Shown here piece by piece: positions 14,524-21,119 of a stretch of 21,119 bases of DNA. Source of the stretch: Truepera sp. (GTDB lineage Bacteria > Deinococcota > Deinococci > Deinococcales > Trueperaceae); assembly GCA_965218435.1 (NCBI GenBank), contig CBDCKW010000006.1, positions 1 through 21,119 on the forward strand. The letters run 5' to 3'. The notes under the pieces were generated by a model that saw only the letters and a list, made by a program, of their open reading frames with translations, searched no databases and was not told the origin of the DNA. How positions within the stretch are numbered: position 1 is the first letter of the stretch; every line of letters begins with the position of its first letter. Position numbers and translations under genes: made by a program.

Positions 14524-15483
14524 ATGGATAGAGCGCCTAAAACCGACCTTGTTAAAACAGGGGGCTCGAGTCTCGTCGAGCGTACTCGTGAGCTGGCCAC
14601 CTTGAGCGAAGACGATCTCAGGCGCTTTGCCGCTGAAGCTGCGAGAGACCGCGACGCGTCGGCATTGTGGGCGCTCACTGAGGCACACCTGACGCTGCAC
14701 GGGTCGGCGGGGTCAAGGGTTTCAAGTCATACCCTTACGGCTTACCGGCGTGTGCTCGAGGTGCTACTTACAGAGTGGCAAGGTGAAAATCTGCTGCGTC
14801 CGGGGCGTAATGCCGGGGTGCTGTGGATCAGGGGCCTCGAGGCCCGCTTTAAGCCTGCGACTGTTCGGGTCTACCTCGCCGGGGCAAAGGCGCTCTACGC
14901 GGCGCTGCGGTGGTCCGGCGCGACGGACACCGCCCCTTTTGCCGACGTTAAAGCTGCAGTTGATAAGACGCCCGCCTGGGAGCGGCGCGAGGCTTACACG
15001 CAAACTGAGGTGAGCTGGCTCGAGCGGATCGCCGACGGCCCTACGCTGCTCGTTGTCCTGCTCGGGGCGCACGCCGGGTTGCGGGTCAGCGAAATGACCG
15101 CGCTGCGGTGGGAGAATATCAACCTGAGCGAGACAGTACTAAAAGTCGTTGCGGGTAAGGGTGGCAAAACCGCGCGGGTTTACCTGACACCTACACTCGT
15201 TCAAGCACTCGAGACTACGCCACCCGAGCAGCGGACCGGCTATGTATTGCCCTGTCGGTCGCAGCAGGCGGTCTACGGGCGGCTTGAGGTCGCGTGTAAG
15301 CAGGCTCGGGTCAAGTTCAAGGGGGTTCATGCGTTAAGACATGCTTCAGGGACACGACTCCACGACGAGACAGGTGACCTAGCACTCGTAGCCGATCACC
15401 TCCGGCAGGTCAACTTAGATACGGCTCGAGGCTATGCAAAGGCGAACAACGTACAGCTCAAGCGGGCACTCGGCGAATGGTAA
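14524..15483 (+). CDS. Tyrosine recombinase (copy of 1543-2502)
   Basis: Identical translation. Confidence 0.93.
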   Translation: MDRAPKTDLVKTGGSSLVERTRELATLSEDDLRRFAAEAARDRDASALWALTEAHLTLHGSAGSRVSSHTLTAYRRVLEVLLTEWQGENLLRPGRNAGVLWIRGLEARFKPATVRVYLAGAKALYAALRWSGATDTAPFADVKAAVDKTPAWERREAYTQTEVSWLERIADGPTLLVVLLGAHAGLRVSEMTALRWENINLSETVLKVVAGKGGKTARVYLTPTLVQALETTPPEQRTGYVLPCRSQQAVYGRLEVACKQARVKFKGVHALRHASGTRLHDETGDLALVADHLRQVNLDTARGYAKANNVQLKRALGEW

Positions 15484-15573
15484 GGTGAAATACCCTCTTT
15501 CGTTACCTCTTGCGACAAGCCGCTCAAGCGATTTGCAACCTTGCGATAGGGATTGCGATAGAGTGGGCGCAAC

Positions 15574-16092
15574 ATGGATAATTGCCCCGAGCACCCGGAT
15601 GCTGAAGCAGAACTCGACGAGGGTTACTTCACCGGATCGTCGCAAGAGGTTGCTACGGCGCTAAGAGTTACGACGGCGGGCCTTCGGCGGCTTGCTGACA
15701 TATACGATACGGTCTACCCTCCACTACGGCGCGACGAGCAGCAAAATAATCGCCGATTATGGACCCGAGCCGCTATAGAACGCCTAAAAATGGCTCGGCA
15801 GCTTGTGCAAGCCGAAAAAGCCCGGAGCATTAAAGCTGCACTCGAGTCAATCAGAAATGGCGGCGCAACCCCTTCAAAATCCCCTCTTGCGGTACCGCAA
15901 GCCCCGGCGCAAGACGGGGTACTGCTTGCGGTACTTGAGCATGTGCAGCGCCTCGAGGCCCATATGGAGGCTATGCAACGGCAGCTTGAGGCACCGAAAG
16001 AGGTCGCGCAACCCACGGTGACGACGGCTGACGACGGTCCACTAGTACGGGCTGCGCGGTGGCTCGAGGCCCGTCTGCGGGGTCGGCCTTGA
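15574..16092 (+). CDS. MerR-HTH/coiled-coil protein (copy of 2593-3111)
   Basis: Identical translation. Confidence 0.7.
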   Translation: MDNCPEHPDAEAELDEGYFTGSSQEVATALRVTTAGLRRLADIYDTVYPPLRRDEQQNNRRLWTRAAIERLKMARQLVQAEKARSIKAALESIRNGGATPSKSPLAVPQAPAQDGVLLAVLEHVQRLEAHMEAMQRQLEAPKEVAQPTVTTADDGPLVRAARWLEARLRGRP

Positions 16093-16331
16093 AACTAGAT
16101 GACCGCTACGCTTATAACGAAATCGTACTCGAGCCCGAAGACGAGGTAATCCTTGACCGGGTATGGGCAAAGTTTGCCGCCGAACACCCTAATTATCAGT
16201 CACCGCCCGAACAACTCGACCGCCTCCGCACCCTGAGCGACCGGCGCAGAGCACTTTACGCTCAGTTACCGAGCCGTGAAGAGCGTCAGCGGCGTGCGGC
16301 GCAAATGCGTGAGCGTGACCGGTGCAGTTGA
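16089..16331 (+). CDS. Hypothetical protein (copy of 3108-3350)
   Basis: Identical translation. Confidence 0.5.
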   Translation: MKLDDRYAYNEIVLEPEDEVILDRVWAKFAAEHPNYQSPPEQLDRLRTLSDRRRALYAQLPSREERQRRAAQMRERDRCS

Positions 16332-16706
16332 AAAACTGCGGCGGCACTCGAGCCCTTTGTCTAAGCAAACGATAACCTCTAGGCTTACACTGCCCGAAAA
16401 TAAGTCTGTAAGCGTTTCACCCTCGAGCCCCACATACCCCCGTCCCTGACGCAAATGCACCTCTAACCTACCGGTGCGCCTTACGGATTAAACCGACGGT
16501 CAGCCGGACGCGCCGGATCGGGGCGGCAACGGTGCAGCTGCATGGGTAGCTCGAGGTGAAGGTGAAAACGTCCGTATGTGCGTGTAGCACGTAAAATGCC
16601 GCCTAGTGTGGGCGACATGTTCGTAGTGGGTTAGGGGCGGCACTCGAGGCTGTAGCGGTTAGCGGCGTAACCTATAATCATGAGCGCGCTTAGAAATTAT
16701 CTTGAT

Positions 16707-17612
16707 TCAACTCCAGCTTTTACGTTCATTGACCAGCCGCGCACTTTCATGGGCTTGTTTCGCACGCGCAACAGCTGACCTGACCTCTTTGTACTGTCCG
16801 GCTGCGATCATGCTCGTCAACTGCCCTACCGTCGTCGGATTGTCAAAATAACTGTCAACTTGTGAGGTTAAAAAGTCAGCGGTCTCCTGTGGCGTCCGTT
16901 TGCGCTTCGGCGCGCCGGGGGCTTTAGCGACGAGCTGCTCGTCGTCGTTCACCGGGGCTGCAGCCTGTGGGCGGGCCTCGAGTTGAGACAAGCGGACCTC
17001 GAGGGAGCTGAGAAGTTGCTCGACTTTACCGAACCTAGCGATCATTTCTGACGTCGCCGCACGGCTGTCGTATGCAGCTAGGTCGTCGTCGGACCCGGCA
17101 CCGGTTACCTGTGCCATAACGTCAGGTGCTTTTGCAAGGGTATTGCGCTCCGTAAGCTCAAGCAAGGCAGTTTTCGCAGATTTGAGATCCCCGACGCTGA
17201 TATGTCCGGCGATTATGCCCATTTCGGTCGGGTCGCTGATCGTCCGGTCGGCAAAGGCGAGTAGGGCGTCCGGGTTGTCGAAGTTGCCTACTGCCTTTGC
17301 AAGTGTAGCTTCACCTCGGTCAACCGGGCTCGAGGTTTTTTCGCTTAAGGTCGGGGCGATAACAACGCGCCACAAGTTTTCAAGCTGTTCGAGCCGGTCG
17401 CGTAAGGCGGTGATAACGCCCTGATCTTCGTCGGCGAGGTCGTCAGCGGTCGTTGCGGCTCGAGCTAGGCGCTGTTCAGCGGCGGTGGCTGCGCGGGGGT
17501 CGCCCAAAACACGCTCGCCCGAACCGGCGGCTTTTGCAATGTAGGAGCCCATTTTCAGACGGGCGATAAACTGTTCGACGCGCTCGAGGCGCGATAACTC
17601 TTGTGGGCTCAT
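16707..17612 (-). CDS. 301-aa hypothetical protein (copy of 3726-4631)
   Basis: Identical translation. Confidence 0.85.
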   Translation of the reverse strand: MSPQELSRLERVEQFIARLKMGSYIAKAAGSGERVLGDPRAATAAEQRLARAATTADDLADEDQGVITALRDRLEQLENLWRVVIAPTLSEKTSSPVDRGEATLAKAVGNFDNPDALLAFADRTISDPTEMGIIAGHISVGDLKSAKTALLELTERNTLAKAPDVMAQVTGAGSDDDLAAYDSRAATSEMIARFGKVEQLLSSLEVRLSQLEARPQAAAPVNDDEQLVAKAPGAPKRKRTPQETADFLTSQVDSYFDNPTTVGQLTSMIAAGQYKEVRSAVARAKQAHESARLVNERKSWS

Positions 17613-17690
17613 ACCCTGACCTTAGCGGCGTTTGTGGGGAGATTGCCACCCGGCAACCTTTACCCCTACACTCGTCCGTACTCTTAAGAC

Positions 17691-18110
17691 ATGAATGACG
17701 ATTTGCTATTGCCGTCTCAGTTTGCCTCGTACATGGGCGTTCGAGAAAGGCGCGGTCGGCAACTCCTCGCCGAACTCGAGGCGGTCGGCTTTGTTCTAAC
17801 CCCCGATAACCGAGGCGCGCGTCAGGTACCGCGTCCGGTGGCTGAGGCGGCAAAAGCAGCGCACCGGGCGGGCAAAGAACTCGCCTCACTGAGGTTAAAC
17901 GTGGCCCTGACACCGTATCTAGCTCGAGACGCGCGTGGAGTCGAACCTAGCGCATTAGACACGCTGATTTTTACGGCGGTCGAGGTTGCAATCTGCCGGG
18001 AGGCCGTCGCGGTGCTTGCTGAGGCGCTTAGTACCGGCGCTCAACGCTCGAGCTACCGGGCGCTGTCGTTTCGCAACGCGTCTTTACCCGACCCCCGGCA
18101 GGGACTGTGA
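17691..18110 (+). CDS. Putative HTH protein (copy of 4710-5129)
   Basis: Identical translation. Confidence 0.7.
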   Translation: MNDDLLLPSQFASYMGVRERRGRQLLAELEAVGFVLTPDNRGARQVPRPVAEAAKAAHRAGKELASLRLNVALTPYLARDARGVEPSALDTLIFTAVEVAICREAVAVLAEALSTGAQRSSYRALSFRNASLPDPRQGL

Positions 18111-18628
18111 CCACCACGGCCACGCCTGAATTCGAGCAGCTCCTAAGCCGCGTTCGTGACCTCGAGGCCCGTCTTGAAGCCCGTACAGCTCCTGCACCGG
18201 CCATGCTGCCCATTGCGTACCGTCCCGATCCGGTTTACACGCCGCCTGTCACGACGACCATTGCGTCACTCATGGCGAGCGGGCCACTCAGGTATTGCAG
18301 TGTCCGGGAGGTCCGGCAGTTGAGCTGTGCGGTCGCCTTAGCTCGTGGGGACATGCTGCCGGGTGGCGTCGTGCCGGTTTCATACGAGGGTCCCATGCTC
18401 GAGCTTGCTGCGGCTCGAGCTGAGGGTCTGACGTGGCACGCCTCGTTTGAACGGTGTGGGCTGACACCCCCGGACGACGGTGAAGTTGCGCACCAGGCGC
18501 GGACGCTGCGCGCGCAGCTGCGCGGCTTGTGGGACGGGCTCGAGAGTCTTTTAGGGCCGTTGCAGACGGTGGTTAATCCCGTCGCATGGCAAAACTTTGT
18601 CGAATATCTCCGGCGACTGCTCGTGTAG
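18107..18628 (+). CDS. Hypothetical protein (copy of 5126-5647)
   Basis: Identical translation. Confidence 0.75.
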   Translation: MTTTATPEFEQLLSRVRDLEARLEARTAPAPAMLPIAYRPDPVYTPPVTTTIASLMASGPLRYCSVREVRQLSCAVALARGDMLPGGVVPVSYEGPMLELAAARAEGLTWHASFERCGLTPPDDGEVAHQARTLRAQLRGLWDGLESLLGPLQTVVNPVAWQNFVEYLRRLLV

Positions 18629-19079
18629 CGGTCGCCACGCTATGGTGGGCACCACTACCTCCTTTGTTTTAGTGTCTCTCAACTCATGCCGCTCGTAGCC
18701 CACCGCGAGCACAACCGATAACCCCCCTCGAGACTCGTCACCTCGAGGGGGGTTTTCGGTTTTAACTCTTTTTACGGTTGCGTAGGGCGAATACTGCTCC
18801 GACGAGCACGACGATTTTTGTTGCGATTTCGAGTACCTGCATGATCAGTTCTAAATGTAAGTTTGTCATACAGCTATGGTAAAGCTGATTTAGTCCAATT
18901 GCGAGCCACGAATTTGCGTCTGTGACGTACTTTTTTTGTTATTCGTCTCTGCTTCTGCTTAACCTTTTACGGCATTATATGGAACAACACGATTTTACCA
19001 TTCAGACTACGTTTCTCTATTCTTGACTACGGATTTAGCTTTTCAGTTACGGTTTTGACTTTTGAGTTATGCTTTTGAT

Positions 19080-19760
19080 ATGCACCGTCACAATCTCCTA
19101 AGAGAACGAATTATACAAACCCTCGAGACGACTTCTCGAGGGCTAAGTCAGCTCGAGCTAATGTGCTTATGTCATGGGTATAGGTACACGCATGGCAAAT
19201 TGCTTTACTTTAGTGTTCAAGAACGCTTGTTCAAGCAAACTCGAGACGATCACAAGGTTGAGGAGCTGTTACAAACAGTTTTGAAAGAAGCTGATGACGA
19301 ATATGCAGCACGTAAACTAGACGTCGGATCAACGGCAGCTAAACGGTATGAGCAAAACAGAAGGTCAGAAGTTTACGACCTGCGAGAACCTAAAACAGAG
19401 ATTATAGTGAGAGCACCACATAAGCAACTCATGATGGGGATCACTGACGTCAGCCCTCTCGCTGAGAACATATCAAGGATAGCTAAGCTTTTACCACATT
19501 ACGAATACATGTCCGAACAAGTTATTTTGACTGAATATGCAAAGCTCAACACTGAACTTGAAAGCAAGCTTGCAAAATATCCTAGAGTAGTATGGTCGAA
19601 GATCAAGATAGAGCGCACTCTTTTTGAGGATGAAAATATTACTCGGCATGTTCGCACAGCGCGACAGGCAACGAACCGAGCACTGAAACACCTTGAAAAG
19701 AAGAGGCAAGTTGTAAAACGCGGAGAGCCAGCGAAAGCAAGGTACATGCTGCCAGATTAA
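19080..19760 (+). CDS. Hypothetical wHTH-like protein (copy of 6099-6779)
   Basis: Identical translation. Confidence 0.8.
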   Translation: MHRHNLLRERIIQTLETTSRGLSQLELMCLCHGYRYTHGKLLYFSVQERLFKQTRDDHKVEELLQTVLKEADDEYAARKLDVGSTAAKRYEQNRRSEVYDLREPKTEIIVRAPHKQLMMGITDVSPLAENISRIAKLLPHYEYMSEQVILTEYAKLNTELESKLAKYPRVVWSKIKIERTLFEDENITRHVRTARQATNRALKHLEKKRQVVKRGEPAKARYMLPD

Positions 19761-19805
19761 TTGTCTAAATACGAGATCAGCAGTGTGTTTTAGCGACAAC
19801 ACATT

Positions 19806-20030
19806 TTAGCTGTCGTCAGCCGAAGTCAAAAGCAGCGGCGCGATATGCTCGAGCAGCGCCTCGTGGGGCGTTGCGCCCGCTGCCATAGCCCGACGTACCG
19901 CGTGCGACGCCTCCCGGACCCTACGGTGCAGGACGACAGCGTCCGACGACAACAGCGCCCCGGACCACCCGGTCATAAGGGCCTCAAGGCTCACCTTTGC
20001 GGTTCGTAACTCTTTTTCTCGAGCCGTCAC
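19806..20030 (-). CDS. Hypothetical protein (copy of 6825-7049)
   Basis: Identical translation. Confidence 0.55.
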   Translation of the reverse strand: MTAREKELRTAKVSLEALMTGWSGALLSSDAVVLHRRVREASHAVRRAMAAGATPHEALLEHIAPLLLTSADDS

Positions 20031-20476
20031 GCCGGGACCTGCGGGGAGCGGTGCACAACGGTGTTTGTCACTCGCTCGTTTTTGCGGGCGCGGTAGGTCT
20101 CGAGGGCCTCGTGCGCGGCGTTGACCCACACCTCGGGCTCGAGTGCCCACTCACCATTGACCTGACGGTCTTTAGCGAGCCCGAAGAGGGCTAGGGCGTC
20201 GCGGCGCAGCTCGTCGGGGGTGGCCGTCGCCAGCACTGCGCCGTTCAGGAGTTGCGTGCGGTGGTGGTCGTAACGCGTCTGCTGCAGCTCGTCGGGGTAG
20301 GTAATGACGTCCTCGAGCGCGGCAACCTCCCGGCAGTAATCCGGGGTAGGGCGCTCGTCAAGGGTAGCAATGTACTCGAGGGCCTGCACGAGATAGGCGG
20401 CGGGCTCAAGGGTTGCGTCGAATGGTGCTGTGAGGGGTAGCGGCGGGACAGCTTGATACGTCGTTATGGTCGTCAT
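20027..20476 (-). CDS. Hypothetical protein (copy of 7046-7495)
   Basis: Identical translation. Confidence 0.75.
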   Translation of the reverse strand: MTTITTYQAVPPLPLTAPFDATLEPAAYLVQALEYIATLDERPTPDYCREVAALEDVITYPDELQQTRYDHHRTQLLNGAVLATATPDELRRDALALFGLAKDRQVNGEWALEPEVWVNAAHEALETYRARKNERVTNTVVHRSPQVPA

Positions 20477-20671
20477 GGTTAGACCGTAGCGGCGTCTGTG
20501 GGGGGACTGTGATTTTGCTAAGTTTTGCGGGTCTATGCACCCTGATTTAACGCAACGGTCTTTTCACGCAATGCTGCTGCGTCATTGCGTGAAATCGCGT
20601 TTTCGCGTCCCTCACGGGTTTGATTTAACGCAATGGGTTTTTGCGTTAAATCAACAGGTTGCGTTGATCAC

Positions 20672-21119
20672 CTAGTTAGGTTGTCCGCGCCTAGTGACGA
20701 CCTCCTCGGCAGCCTCGGCCCAGGCGAACAGATCGGTGCTACCCATAGCGGTGAGTTCGCGGACCGCGCCGTACAGGGTTAGCGCCTCGACCCGTAAAGC
20801 GTTAGGGTCAGCGTCGTCGGGTTTTAGGCGTAGCTCAGCGCAATCTCCCGTGCTGCACGCCTTGAGGTACGCGGTGCGGGCCTCTTGACGTGCAGCTAAG
20901 GGGTCGCTGAAGCGTCTGCCGGATGTTCAGCTTCGGTCGGCCAAAAGGGATTTTTATTTAACGCAATGAGGTTTTCACGTAATGGTGTTGCGTCGTTGCG
21001 TGAAATCGCGTTTTCGCGTCCCTCACGGGTTTGATTTAACGCAATGGGTTTTTGCGTTAAATCAGCGGGTTGCGTTGAATCCGGCTGCGTCAAATCGTCT
21101 TTTTGCGTCTGTGACGAAT
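20672..21119 (-). pseudogene. 3' part of the helicase copy, frameshifted by a 64-bp deletion (new stop at 20896) and cut by the window end
   Basis: Reads ...EAEHP-ADASATP* instead of ...EAEHP-YTPGASR...; the equivalent of 7943-8006 is missing. Confidence 0.7.

Larger units (their letters stand above)
12982..21119. repeat. Second, partial copy of the unit (equivalent to 1-8202) with a 64-bp deletion
   Basis: ORFs recur with identical translations at a constant +12981 offset up to 20923. After that the offset is +12917. Confidence 0.97.

Overview
The window is about 1.63 head-to-tail copies of one 12,981-bp unit. Positions 12982-21119 repeat 1-8202, and the only difference I saw is a 64-bp deletion at 20923/20924. 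The simplest reading is an over-circularised or multimeric ~13-kb circular element, either a plasmid or a phage-satellite-like replicon. The host is probably Deinococcota; this is inferred from leaderless TAnnnT-6nt-ATG starts, the style of the recombinase and strong CTCGAG enrichment. The unit carries: (i) a tyrosine recombinase with a dif-like site over its own promoter; (ii) a MerR-HTH/coiled-coil protein behind short direct repeats (pSK1 Par-like, inferred); (iii) a replication operon of Xis-like HTH, CHC2-Toprim primase and AAA_25/SF4 helicase, with TTnACGCAA iteron clusters inside and after the helicase gene and a candidate antisense RNA in the leader; (iv) a coupled three-gene operon of HTH-antitoxin, MazF/PemK toxin and a stand-alone FtsH/M41-like zinc peptidase; (v) a solo HEPN gene; (vi) several hypothetical genes, two of which share a 22-bp promoter motif and one of which looks scaffold-like. 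I recognised no capsid, terminase, relaxase, tRNA, rRNA or CRISPR. All family calls come from motif recognition by eye, not from database searches.
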